A stretch of DNA of 64,000 nt from a virus. Its lineage: Duplodnaviria; Heunggongvirae; Uroviricota; Caudoviricetes. Numbering within the stretch: the stretch's first letter is position 1; every line of letters starts with the position of its first letter. Below the pieces are notes generated by a model, which saw only the letters and a program-made list of their open reading frames with translations, searched no databases and was not told the origin of the DNA. The stretch spans positions 33,636 to 97,635 of the IMG/VR virus record IMGVR_UViG_3300045988_149282; one strand, given 5' to 3'. A program made the translations under genes and the position numbers. Positions 39,259 to 48,363 of the stretch are shown here, one piece after another.

Positions 39259-39284
39259 GGCGTCCAGTTGGACGCCTTTTTTAT
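39259..39284 (+). terminator. rho-independent terminator
   Basis: aggcgtcc agtt ggacgcct hairpin followed by TTTTTTA. Confidence 0.7.
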
Positions 39285-39332
39285 CGCAATTATCTTATTA
39301 AGAAAACAATTTGTTTAAAAGGATAAGAAAAC

Positions 39333-39758
39333 ATGACAGTTATTAAGAAACTCTACGATGCCGCAAACGTGGCTCTGGATGTTATTGATGATGAAGTAGC
39401 AAAAGGCTTTCCTGAACCTGATTGGGCGCATCAGCTACGAAACGCTATCGCAGAAATGACCCCACCAGATCCAACCCCCGACGAGACAGACTGGCAGCGA
39501 TTCATCCGTATGTACGCTCAGGAAATAGGTCCAACGCCAACGGCAGAGCAGGCAATGCTGCTGAAATACTTCAAAGAGGCGGGAGAGGATTTACCAATTG
39601 ATGACTCAGCATATTGGTTCCACTGCGCATGGCGTAAGTATGACGTGATATACACACAAGGCATGGGAAGCAAAGATATGGTTGTGTGGCATCTACTCCA
39701 TATAGACACAGCCGTTGACAGAGTTATTGAACAGTTTTTCCCTAACCAAGAAGATTGA
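39333..39758 (+). CDS. hypothetical protein
   Basis: 141 aa ORF behind AAACAAtTTGTTT motif and RBS. Confidence 0.4.
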   Translation: MTVIKKLYDAANVALDVIDDEVAKGFPEPDWAHQLRNAIAEMTPPDPTPDETDWQRFIRMYAQEIGPTPTAEQAMLLKYFKEAGEDLPIDDSAYWFHCAWRKYDVIYTQGMGSKDMVVWHLLHIDTAVDRVIEQFFPNQED

Positions 39759-39813
39759 TCGCCTATTCATAACTAACAAAATAAGTAAACACTAACCACA
39801 AAAGGAAAAACAC

Positions 39814-40089
39814 ATGAGAGTTTTAGTTCGAATCGTTACCAGCACTGTCTATGACGTGTTTCCGCTTTTTATGGTCAAAGTCGATGGCCTTAACGATGAA
39901 GAAACTGACGCGCTGATCCAGCGTACTCTTGTTGAATATACAGGTCATGACGCTGATTCAGTGATGGTTGATGATGATGGTGTTTGTTGGCATAACGGCA
40001 ACTGTTGGTACGTAGAAGAGACTCAACAAATCAGTAATGAAGATGCTGAACATCTTGAGCGTATTTTAAGCATCAGCACTTTTGAGTGA
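39814..40089 (+). CDS. hypothetical protein
   Basis: 91 aa acidic ORF with consensus aaggaaaaacacATG start context. Confidence 0.35.
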   Translation: MRVLVRIVTSTVYDVFPLFMVKVDGLNDEETDALIQRTLVEYTGHDADSVMVDDDGVCWHNGNCWYVEETQQISNEDAEHLERILSISTFE

Positions 40090-40128
40090 GTTTACAGTAA
40101 AGTTTATATAAGTTAGTATCTACCTATC

Positions 40129-40305
40129 ATGAAGATTTTTATTGAATACTTGTTACTCATCGTTTCAATAGCTTTTGTCATCGACTGCATTTTCACTGGT
40201 GTCATTCGTAAAGTCTTTTCCCCGGTGCACGACGTAGTCATAAACGCTTTGGCTATCGTGCTCGTATTTAATTCAGCATTTGATGTAATCAAAGAGGTGG
40301 CAGCA
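40129..40305 (+). CDS. small membrane protein
   Basis: 58 aa, not in ORF track; hydrophobic; stop overlaps next start (ATGA). Confidence 0.25.
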
Positions 40306-40640
40306 TGAAGACCATCCCATTCGCGCTGTTGTTTCTTTCTTCGATCGTTGTGGCCGACACCACTGTTTATCAGTGTGAAATGTCTGTAGCCGACGTTAAG
40401 AATGGCGCTCTTACCGACGTCATAAAAGCACCATATGGAGCGATGGTCGTAGACAGCGGCGACCAGTTCTATGTTGTGCGTGACGATCGAGTGTTGTCAT
40501 CCCCATATCTCACAAATCGTAATGGCAAATTAACCGGCGTCGGAGAAGACCACTTCGTATACAACAAATACAAGGGCTTCTATGGCGTTCACGCTTCTCA
40601 GCAAAGCTACCTTTTCGATGACTGCAAGGAGGTTGGGTAA
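40305..40640 (+). CDS. secreted/periplasmic hypothetical protein
   Basis: 111 aa with N-terminal signal-peptide-like segment (MKTIPFALLFLSSIVVA). Confidence 0.4.
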   Translation: MKTIPFALLFLSSIVVADTTVYQCEMSVADVKNGALTDVIKAPYGAMVVDSGDQFYVVRDDRVLSSPYLTNRNGKLTGVGEDHFVYNKYKGFYGVHASQQSYLFDDCKEVG

Positions 40641-40852
40641 TGGCATTAACACTGGCAGGTCTGGAAATCGAGAAAACAAGCGGCTACTGGCGTGCTAAGG
40701 GTTTCAAGCAGCATGGCATTCTTGAGCGTCTGGAACGTGAAGATGGGTATATCGTCCACCAGCGGCGTGAATGGCGTATGTACGATCCAGAAACAGGAAA
40801 ACTGACTACAAAAGCCGGAACACTTTGGGGTCTGTTAAAGAAAATACACTAA
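40640..40852 (+). CDS. hypothetical small protein
   Basis: 70 aa basic ORF; followed by hairpin 40861-40884. Confidence 0.3.
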   Translation: MALTLAGLEIEKTSGYWRAKGFKQHGILERLEREDGYIVHQRREWRMYDPETGKLTTKAGTLWGLLKKIH

Positions 40853-40898
40853 ATGCAAACTGACTGCGGCACGTTCCGCAGTCATATTTCATAGTCGT

Positions 40899-41433
40899 CA
40901 CCGCTGACAGCATACACAATCAACTACCGCTGATAGCATATCGAGAGTCTATCTCACCGCTCACAGCATACTTTACTCGATTTTTTACCGCTGACAGCAT
41001 ACTTAAGAAATTGCATGAATAATGTGTCCCGGTATGGGTATAACCAGAACAAAATTACCGCTGGCAGCATACGAATGTCTGACATATACCATTAATTACC
41101 GCTGATAGCATATCCAAACAAAAATTCCTCAATAAAACACCGCTGACAGCATACGTTCTATCAGGGAGTAGCAGGCAATAAATGCCTTTCACTACAAGCA
41201 ATCAGCGCAATAGCAATAGAATGTTAGTGAGCGCAAACCTATATGGAATGCACTCTTCGAGGTTAGTAACCACTGGGGAGGTATGACAGAGCATTGAGTG
41301 GTGATAGATGATTTACCGCTCACAGCATACGTTCATCTCACTATACCGCTGGTAGCATATCTTTAACCGTTCACAGCATACTTTTCAGAAAAATAGCCGC
41401 TGATAGCATACATTTCACCGCTGACAGCATATC
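40899..41433. repeat. iteron array (12 copies of ~17-19-bp repeat ACCGCTGA[C/T]AGCATA[C/T]) downstream of repA; incA-like copy-control locus
   Basis: Copies at about 40899, 40926, 40955, 40987, 41056, 41097, 41139, 41313, 41345, 41365, 41395, 41416 with irregular spacing. Confidence 0.75.
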
Positions 41434-42526
41434 AAAGCAGTTTGAGACTATTGGAAAGGATCTCAATCATCTTGATATTTTCAGGCGTCAAATTCTGCGA
41501 AAGTTCGGTTATCTTGTTGATAATGTTCTGTTTGGCATCAATTTCCCCAGCTTTCTCATCTGGTTTTTTGGGTTCGATGTCTTCAGGTTTTGGCGGTGCG
41601 ACTTTGAGTTTTGGATTGCGGCTGTGAATCTGGATATAGATCGACCGCCCACGCTTAATCTCGCTGTATTCGAGATAGCCCAAATCTTGGAGAGCTTTTA
41701 AGCCGTTACGTATAGTCTGATTCTGCGAGCTGACATTCCTGCTACTCAAATTGAGTCGCGCACGCAATCGAGCAAGCGATACCGGCGCAGGCTTGGTAGG
41801 AAGACTTTCGATGAAGGTGTACAGAGCCTGTGCTGTTTCTTTGCGTGGTAGCTTATTGATAACCTTTAACTGCAAAAGAACCTTATGGTCAAAGCGATAT
41901 AGTTCGGCCAGCTTCGGTTCTGCATAGAACACCACCGTATCTTTCTGCTCGTTGTAGTCCACGCTATTGATGAGGTGCACCATCAGAAGCGAGATCTTGT
42001 TAGAGCCGTCGACGTTCTTTTCTTCATACGTTCTCTGGAAAGACAGAGTTGTACGCATGATCTTCAAAAGACTGTTTGTAAGCCGGTCGCGGAGTGTTTT
42101 GCGGATCTGTGACGATGGATAGCCACAAAACTTAGCAAATTTCGTGATGCTTAACTCGACACGACCGTTAGGTTCGCCGTATTCTGCCAGCGAACGCACA
42201 ACGCCCACCCACGTTTTGAAATCATGATCCATGTCGAGACGAGGACCGGTTATCTTGATATCGGAATAGCCTTCAGAACGGGCTACTTCGAGCTGGACAA
42301 GCTCCTTTGAAGCATCAATCTCATTTGGCTTGTTACGTTTACTGTATTTTGTTCCCTTAAGCGTGGGGACGAACAACCCCAGTCGCATCAACGCAATTGG
42401 TTGGACTGTATTGTTGCTATTAGGGACAAGTTCCCCTGTGTACAATTCAAGGGAACCTTCTTCAAAGTTGTCGATGTTATCTTCTACTTCTTTGTTATTT
42501 TTACCTTTTTTATTTTTTGTGGACAT
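41432..42526 (-). CDS. repA: plasmid replication initiator RepA (iteron-binding)
   Basis: Gene bracketed by iteron arrays; basic Lys-rich N-terminus; start set at ATG 42526 (MSTKNKKG) because the track extension to 42646 runs through the upstream iterons. Confidence 0.65.
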   Translation of the reverse strand: MSTKNKKGKNNKEVEDNIDNFEEGSLELYTGELVPNSNNTVQPIALMRLGLFVPTLKGTKYSKRNKPNEIDASKELVQLEVARSEGYSDIKITGPRLDMDHDFKTWVGVVRSLAEYGEPNGRVELSITKFAKFCGYPSSQIRKTLRDRLTNSLLKIMRTTLSFQRTYEEKNVDGSNKISLLMVHLINSVDYNEQKDTVVFYAEPKLAELYRFDHKVLLQLKVINKLPRKETAQALYTFIESLPTKPAPVSLARLRARLNLSSRNVSSQNQTIRNGLKALQDLGYLEYSEIKRGRSIYIQIHSRNPKLKVAPPKPEDIEPKKPDEKAGEIDAKQNIINKITELSQNLTPENIKMIEILSNSLKLL

Positions 42527-42545
42527 GTGGACACCTTTGTCATTC

Positions 42546-42651
42546 AACCGCTGACAGCATACTTGATTTGCCGCTGACAGAATACCAAAAACAGTTGGCA
42601 GCATACGGTGAACCGCTGACAGACTATCAATTACCGCTGACAGCATACATG
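42546..42651. repeat. origin iterons (5 copies) upstream of repA
   Basis: Copies at about 42546, 42570, 42594, 42611, 42631 of the same ACCGCTGACAGCATAC repeat. Confidence 0.7.
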
Positions 42652-42683
42652 AACATGGCTTCAGACCAGTCGTGGCGCGGCTT

Positions 42684-42765
42684 ACAGCGATCGGGGATCT
42701 TATTTGATCTATACAAGGATCTATCTATGGATCTCTTTATTAGGATCTATCCTGTGGATATGTGA
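42684..42765. promoter_or_regulatory. GATC (Dam-site) cluster with DnaA-box-like sequence; part of replication origin
   Basis: Six GATC within ~60 bp (cgatcg, ggatct x4, tgatct) followed by cctgtggata resembling a DnaA box (TGTGGATAA). Confidence 0.55.
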
Positions 42766-42847
42766 ATAATTAAAACAGGCATTTACTACCTTCGGCGCAC
42801 CTGGTGGGTTATCGTTGCCTCGGCTAACAATCACAGAAAAATGACAT

Positions 42848-43492
42848 ATGGATCTAAAACGCACGCGCTGGGTTCGTCGTCTTGAAGACGGCTCCTACAC
42901 TATCGAATCAAATTCCAACCTGAATAAGCAGAAGTTGCTTTGTGACATCTGCGGTATAGCGGCGAAGTGCCCGATCTACGAAACCAGAATTAAACTTGAT
43001 AAGGCTGGTGTGAATTTTCATTTAAACAGTTGCATCAGGTACGTTCCATTACTCGCATTTCGTAAACCGATCATCGGATTGGATGCTCCCTACTTCAACA
43101 CACTCCGTTCAGGTGTGACGTGGCGAGATCGTTTATCACCAGACAAGCTGATTTGCCTCGTATCCGCAGACACAGGGAAAATCATCCGTTTTGGGAAAGT
43201 AGACAAGGTTTACTCAGGCCCAGTAGACGAAATGTTGCGGAAACACAGCCGGTTTAATCATCTCTGTATGGGTGGTGAGAAAATCGAGAAGGTAGAAGAA
43301 GTGATCCGCAAATCCTACGGACACTTTCTGACCAAAGATAGCCTGCTCACCGCAATCTACATCAGACATGTAAAACGTGAGTTCGACCTCGAATACCACA
43401 GCGAAGAAGAGCTTAACCTTGTTGACCCACGTCCAAAAGCTGGCGTCATAAGCATAAACGCAGCGCGTAAAAAGCCCACTGACGCGCTGTAA
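42848..43492 (+). CDS. hypothetical protein
   Basis: 214 aa ORF next to origin; Cys pairs near N-terminus (CDICG...C); no family recognised. Confidence 0.4.
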   Translation: MDLKRTRWVRRLEDGSYTIESNSNLNKQKLLCDICGIAAKCPIYETRIKLDKAGVNFHLNSCIRYVPLLAFRKPIIGLDAPYFNTLRSGVTWRDRLSPDKLICLVSADTGKIIRFGKVDKVYSGPVDEMLRKHSRFNHLCMGGEKIEKVEEVIRKSYGHFLTKDSLLTAIYIRHVKREFDLEYHSEEELNLVDPRPKAGVISINAARKKPTDAL

Positions 43493-43746
43493 CCCTCCAG
43501 ATCGTATATTGGCGTAGATAGAATCTACGCCTCCTCAAAATAGCTCTCATAGCGTTCTACAGTGATCCTGTCTTATTTTTAGTCATACAGACAAGCAAAG
43601 TTGCTCCACAATAAATAGGTATATACTTACTTATAAATTTTGTATATTAAGACGCTCGTTTCATTCCTAACATACCGTTATGCATAGTTGTTTACCTTCT
43701 CATTGCTCTTAAAATTTGTATCAAAATAACCACAAAGGAAAAACAC

Positions 43747-44832
43747 ATGACTTTGCCATACGGCGTCATTTCTGACTGCCACTACCACAAATGGGATGCG
43801 TTCTCCACGACGAACGCAGAGGGGCTTAACTCCAGACTTGAAATACAGTTGGAAGCAACGAAAGAAGCAGCCATCGCCATGAAGAAGGCCGGTTGTAAGT
43901 ACATGTTGGTTGCCGGTGATACATTTCACGTCCGAGGAACTGTGTCCCCTTCTGTTTTGCATTACGTAACTGAAACGTACAAGTGGATTATCAACGAGCT
44001 TGATCTGACAGTAGTAATGCTGGCCGGTAATCACGATCTTGAAACCAACGATTCAGTATATAGCGCCAACGCAGCAGCATCGCTGAGTTCTATCGGCGTG
44101 GTAATCGTATGTGGCAAACGCCCACACTCAATAAAAATTGGTGATGTGACTGTCCACCTGATTAGCTGGCGTAACAATCATGCGGAGCTTATCAGCGATC
44201 TGAAAGCATTACGTAAGAGCGTAGAAGGTGATAATCATGACGTTGTTATCCATACATCCATTAACAAAGCCATTCCAACAATGCCTGACGTCGGTATCGA
44301 TGCGCAGGAGTTAAAGGATATCGGCTTTCGTCTCGTGCTTAGTGGGCATTACCACAACCACAAAGAGGTCATTCCTGGAGTTATCAGTGTCGGTGCGCTG
44401 ACCCATCAAAATTGGGGAGATGTTGGATCTCTGGCTGGTTACATGATCGTAAACCCGGACGGCAGTTTCAGTCACTACGAAACCAGTGCGCCTAAATTCA
44501 TTAACCTGGAAGATTATGTTGCCGATGACCAAATTCGCGGCAACTACGTGCGTTTCCGCGCCGTAATTGAGAACGATGAAGAAGGCATTAAGTACCAGAA
44601 CATCCTCAAAACAATGGGTGCAAAAGGTGTCGTGTGCAACTTCATCCGTAAGTCATCAATGATGGAAGGGACAGCAAGCACAACGGAAACCAGCAAAATC
44701 GATAGCCTGGGAGAGTCGGTATCTGCTTATTGCAAGATTGTCCACGATACTGACGGCGGATTTGATCTGAGCAAGTTGGATATTTTGTGTCAGGAAATCC
44801 TCACCGAAGCGGAGAGTTCGGAGGCTGTGTGA
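43747..44832 (+). CDS. sbcD: SbcD/Mre11-like nuclease (T4 gp47-like)
   Basis: 361 aa; calcineurin-like phosphoesterase motifs LVAGDTFH, MLAGNHDL, SGHYH. Confidence 0.7.
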   Translation: MTLPYGVISDCHYHKWDAFSTTNAEGLNSRLEIQLEATKEAAIAMKKAGCKYMLVAGDTFHVRGTVSPSVLHYVTETYKWIINELDLTVVMLAGNHDLETNDSVYSANAAASLSSIGVVIVCGKRPHSIKIGDVTVHLISWRNNHAELISDLKALRKSVEGDNHDVVIHTSINKAIPTMPDVGIDAQELKDIGFRLVLSGHYHNHKEVIPGVISVGALTHQNWGDVGSLAGYMIVNPDGSFSHYETSAPKFINLEDYVADDQIRGNYVRFRAVIENDEEGIKYQNILKTMGAKGVVCNFIRKSSMMEGTASTTETSKIDSLGESVSAYCKIVHDTDGGFDLSKLDILCQEILTEAESSEAV

Positions 44833-45061
44833 GGCAAAGTCGTTATGGGAGCTTTCGAGACTTTGCCATCACGATGAAAAGACTTGAACGAGGCCAGACG
44901 GTGATGTTTCACAAGCCCTACCCGCCACAAGGAAATCCCGTAGCGTTTTATCTTGGAAGGTTAACCAGAAAAGGCGTATTGAGGCGCAGATCCTTCCCGG
45001 CGCATACGGAGTTCAGATTGAAAGAAGGTCAAAAGCTAACACACGGTATCAAAGGTGTTAT

Positions 45062-46978
45062 ATGAAGTTTTTAAAGCTCCAGGTTGAGAATTTTATGGCT
45101 ATCGCCAGCGCGGAGGTCGAGTTAGATCAGCGTGGTTTAGTGCTCATTCAGGGTGTTAATAGTGATGATAGTTCCGCATCAAGTAATGGCTCTGGAAAGT
45201 CAACGCTAATGAATAGCCTGATGTGGTGTCTTTATGGCGAAACAGCTCATGGTGTGAAGGGTGACGATGTGTTGTCTACCGACCATGAAAAGAACTGTCG
45301 TGTTGCAGTAACCATCGAGGATGAAGGCAAGAGATATGCGATCATTCGTCACCGTAAACACAAAGAGTTCAAAAATCGGCTTATCGTTCGTGGTGAAGAC
45401 GGCGATATGACGAAAGGCAAAGATGCGCTGACGCAAGAGTTCGTCGAGCGTCTGATCGGTGCATCTAAAGAGGTTTTCATGGCTTCCATCTATGCGAGCC
45501 AAGAAGCTATGCCAGATTTACCTGGAATGTCCGACAAAAACCTCAAAACCATCGTAGAAGAAGCCGCTGGCGTTGACAGACTGACACGCGCCTACGCTAT
45601 TGCTCGTGAGCGAGCTAATGCAGCTGCCGCACGTATGGATGTGGTTAAAACCAAATTGGAGTCGACAATCTCGACCATTGAGGCAACACAGTCAGAAATT
45701 GAGTCAGCGAAAGCCTCCTCTGAATCATGGGAGCAAGAGCGTTCTAAACGTTATGACGATGCCCTGGCTGGGCTGGCCAGTGCCGAAGTTGAGTTAACGG
45801 AAGTTGAACTTGAGATCCGCACTCTTCCCGAACAGATCCGTGATACCGAGAAGGCAATCGAAAGTGAGCGCAAAAAGTTAGCCTCAAAAGAAGAACATGA
45901 CGCCAAGTTGCTCAAAGTTCGTGGTGCGATAACTGATATTCGGGCAAGCATCAAAGCTACAGAAAATAGTCAGGCTGATGCAATGAACCGCGCGCGTAAT
46001 TTTAAGACTAAAGCAGAAGAGGTTGGTACTAAAGTGGGATCACCATGCCCTACTTGTGGCAAAGCCTACTGCGAAGAAGATCTATCAACGGTGAAGGAGA
46101 ATTTCATTGAACAAGCACGTCAGGAAATTGGTCAGGCGAAGACACTTGCAGAGGCAATGGCTAAACACAAAACGAATCTTGAGAAAGCGTTAAGCATTGA
46201 GTCTGCCCTTGTTAAAACGACACCTGATGTAACGGCTATCATTGCCCGGATTGAAGAGCTTACGAAACAACTCTCATCTTTGCGTCATCGTGAGAAGGAG
46301 GTTGTTGCTATTGAGTCTCTTGTGACTCGTGCTCGTACTGAGGTCGATCGTATATCAAAAGAGATTAATCCGTTTATTGCTCTTATCGCCAGACACGAAG
46401 ATAACCTGGTATCCAGTAAGTCTACCTTCAAGTCCTTAAAAGATGAGTTGAAGGCTATTCAGGAACAAACGTTGCTATTGGAAAAAGCTCGTCAGGTCTA
46501 CTCTCCTGCCGGGGTGCGTTCTCATATTTTGACGTCTGTTACGCCTTTCCTGAATACACGCACTGCCGAGTATCTCAATACGTTGTCTGACGGGAATATT
46601 ACTGCTGAGTGGTCGACGATGGATGTCACTAAAAAAGGTGAGTATCGCGACAAATTCAACATTAGTGTGCAGAAGAAAGGTTCAAGTAAGTCGTTCCAGA
46701 CCCTCTCTGGTGGTGAGAAGCGGAAGGTTCGCATTGCGTGTTCTTTGGCATTGCAGGATCTGGTTAGTAACCGGGCGAGTAAAAACATCGATTTGTTTAT
46801 CGGCGACGAAATTGACGATGCACTCGATACAGCCGGTCTTGAACGCCTCATGGGTATTCTGGAGTCCAAAGCTCGCGAGCGAGGTACTGTGCTGATTATC
46901 TCCCATAAAGAGATGAAGTCATGGTTCCGGGAAACTATTACGCTGGAAGTTAAAGAGGGGCGCAGCTATGTCGTTTAA
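45062..46978 (+). CDS. sbcC: SbcC/Rad50-like ATPase (T4 gp46-like)
   Basis: 638 aa; N-terminal Walker A NGSGKST, central coiled coil with CPTCGK zinc-hook-like motif, C-terminal signature LSGGEKRKV and Walker B LFIGDEIDD. Confidence 0.75.
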   Translation: MKFLKLQVENFMAIASAEVELDQRGLVLIQGVNSDDSSASSNGSGKSTLMNSLMWCLYGETAHGVKGDDVLSTDHEKNCRVAVTIEDEGKRYAIIRHRKHKEFKNRLIVRGEDGDMTKGKDALTQEFVERLIGASKEVFMASIYASQEAMPDLPGMSDKNLKTIVEEAAGVDRLTRAYAIARERANAAAARMDVVKTKLESTISTIEATQSEIESAKASSESWEQERSKRYDDALAGLASAEVELTEVELEIRTLPEQIRDTEKAIESERKKLASKEEHDAKLLKVRGAITDIRASIKATENSQADAMNRARNFKTKAEEVGTKVGSPCPTCGKAYCEEDLSTVKENFIEQARQEIGQAKTLAEAMAKHKTNLEKALSIESALVKTTPDVTAIIARIEELTKQLSSLRHREKEVVAIESLVTRARTEVDRISKEINPFIALIARHEDNLVSSKSTFKSLKDELKAIQEQTLLLEKARQVYSPAGVRSHILTSVTPFLNTRTAEYLNTLSDGNITAEWSTMDVTKKGEYRDKFNISVQKKGSSKSFQTLSGGEKRKVRIACSLALQDLVSNRASKNIDLFIGDEIDDALDTAGLERLMGILESKARERGTVLIISHKEMKSWFRETITLEVKEGRSYVV

Positions 46979-47711
46979 ATTAAGCCGCTCGCAGTTTTTG
47001 CAGGTATTTGCAGTGATGCAGTCGATAAAACTGATCAATGGGCATACTTCCAATGGTGCGGCTCCACGTATTCTGTGGAGCAGCAACAATATTGACGGAG
47101 TACAATTCGCCGCGTTGCTTGGTCTAATATCCGAGACACCATTGATGCAAAGTTTGAAATCACTACCACCTGGATGTATTGCGCCGATCCTGATTAATCC
47201 TTTTGTTGAGGGGGGATATCTTCCCAACGTCGGGCCTGGGTTTATTGCATCCCATGAAACTGAAGATCTTAACATTAATAGCGAAGGGTTCTTTGGGGGA
47301 ATGGGTGCGCATCACTGTATGGCTTTCACGAACCTTATTCGACTTGCCAATAAGCGGGTGGATAGTTTGGCATCGCCAGGTGATGCTTTTACTGGTTTCC
47401 TTATCCAAAGGAGGGATAAAAAGTACAGTACGGACAAACTACAGTTTGTTGGTAAGTATGGAGAAATGGTAGAAATCGAACTTCAGCTCCCTCATGTTTT
47501 AGCAAACGATAGTGCAGACAGTCGGAGGCTGTTGGGCATCATGCGTCATTTCATAGCAAGTGGTGTTAAACATGCCGCAGATAAACGTGTCACGCAGGAA
47601 AATGAGTATTCAGACTTTGCAAACTATCCCCAACCAACGTTGCAAACGGCAATAGTAGCCAATTCGTTGGAGGCGAGATTATTGGAAAACCCTATATGGG
47701 GAACATGGTAA
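46968..47711 (+). CDS. hypothetical protein
   Basis: 247 aa ORF overlapping sbcC stop. Confidence 0.4.
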   Translation: MSFKLSRSQFLQVFAVMQSIKLINGHTSNGAAPRILWSSNNIDGVQFAALLGLISETPLMQSLKSLPPGCIAPILINPFVEGGYLPNVGPGFIASHETEDLNINSEGFFGGMGAHHCMAFTNLIRLANKRVDSLASPGDAFTGFLIQRRDKKYSTDKLQFVGKYGEMVEIELQLPHVLANDSADSRRLLGIMRHFIASGVKHAADKRVTQENEYSDFANYPQPTLQTAIVANSLEARLLENPIWGTW

Positions 47712-47720
47712 GGAGACTAT

Positions 47721-48290
47721 ATGAGTAAAAAAATCAGCGTAGTTGGTGTTGATCCCTCAATGAGCAACTTTGGGCTTGCTGTGGGCACTTTAGACCTTGA
47801 GACGGACGAACTTGAGATTCACGGCCTTACTCTTGTTGAGACTAAAGCGGGGAGTAACAAAAAGACCGTTCGTGTGAACAGTGACGATCTGCGCCGAGCC
47901 AGTGAAATATGGCGTGTTGCGAAGCCAATCATTGATAAGGCAAATATGGTTTTTTGTGAGCTACCGGTTGGGAGCCAAAACTCTCGTTCGCAGACGTCTT
48001 ACGGTATTTGTATCGGTGTACTTGCGTGTGTGGATAAGCCATTGATCCAGGTTACTCCAAACGAAATCAAGCATTTTGTCGGCAATAAACTTACTACATC
48101 GAAAGAAGAGATTATCCAGTGGGCTACGAAAAAACACCCTAAAGCACCGTGGCTGCGTCGTAAGCAATCTGGACAGGATGTTCTCGTGAACAAAAACGAA
48201 CATTTGGCTGATGCGGTGGCTGCCATCCATACCGGTATGCAAACAGATCAGTTCCGCCAGGTGCGCGATGTTCTTAAGTCTCTCATTTGA
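47721..48290 (+). CDS. RuvC-like Holliday junction resolvase
   Basis: 189 aa; N-terminal VVGVDPS (RuvC catalytic Asp motif) and C-terminal HLADAVAAIHTG resembling RuvC family; AAGGAG RBS. Confidence 0.5.
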   Translation: MSKKISVVGVDPSMSNFGLAVGTLDLETDELEIHGLTLVETKAGSNKKTVRVNSDDLRRASEIWRVAKPIIDKANMVFCELPVGSQNSRSQTSYGICIGVLACVDKPLIQVTPNEIKHFVGNKLTTSKEEIIQWATKKHPKAPWLRRKQSGQDVLVNKNEHLADAVAAIHTGMQTDQFRQVRDVLKSLI

Positions 48291-48324
48291 TTTCATTGAT
48301 AGGTAAGTGCTTATCTATTAACAT

Positions 48325-48356
48325 GGGCCACTATATTTAGTGGCCCTCTTTATTTG
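48325..48356 (+). terminator. hairpin with T tract between resolvase and nrdA (terminator or 5-prime UTR attenuator)
   Basis: gggccact atattt agtggccc followed by tctttatttgg. Confidence 0.5.
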
Positions 48357-48363
48357 GTGATAC

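Noticed and set aside
40899-41433. Repeat array considered as a possible CRISPR array
   Set aside because: Repeats are only ~17-19 bp with irregular spacing and degenerate copies, flank a rep gene on both sides, and there are no cas genes; this fits iterons, not CRISPR.
41432-42646. N-terminal 40-codon extension of the repA ORF (track start 42646)
   Set aside because: The extension runs through the upstream iteron array, so it would place coding sequence over the origin repeats; the ATG at 42526 begins the Lys-rich N-terminus expected for Rep proteins.
42517-42765. 82-aa + strand ORF over the origin iterons and GATC cluster
   Set aside because: Coincides with regulatory repeats; no RBS.
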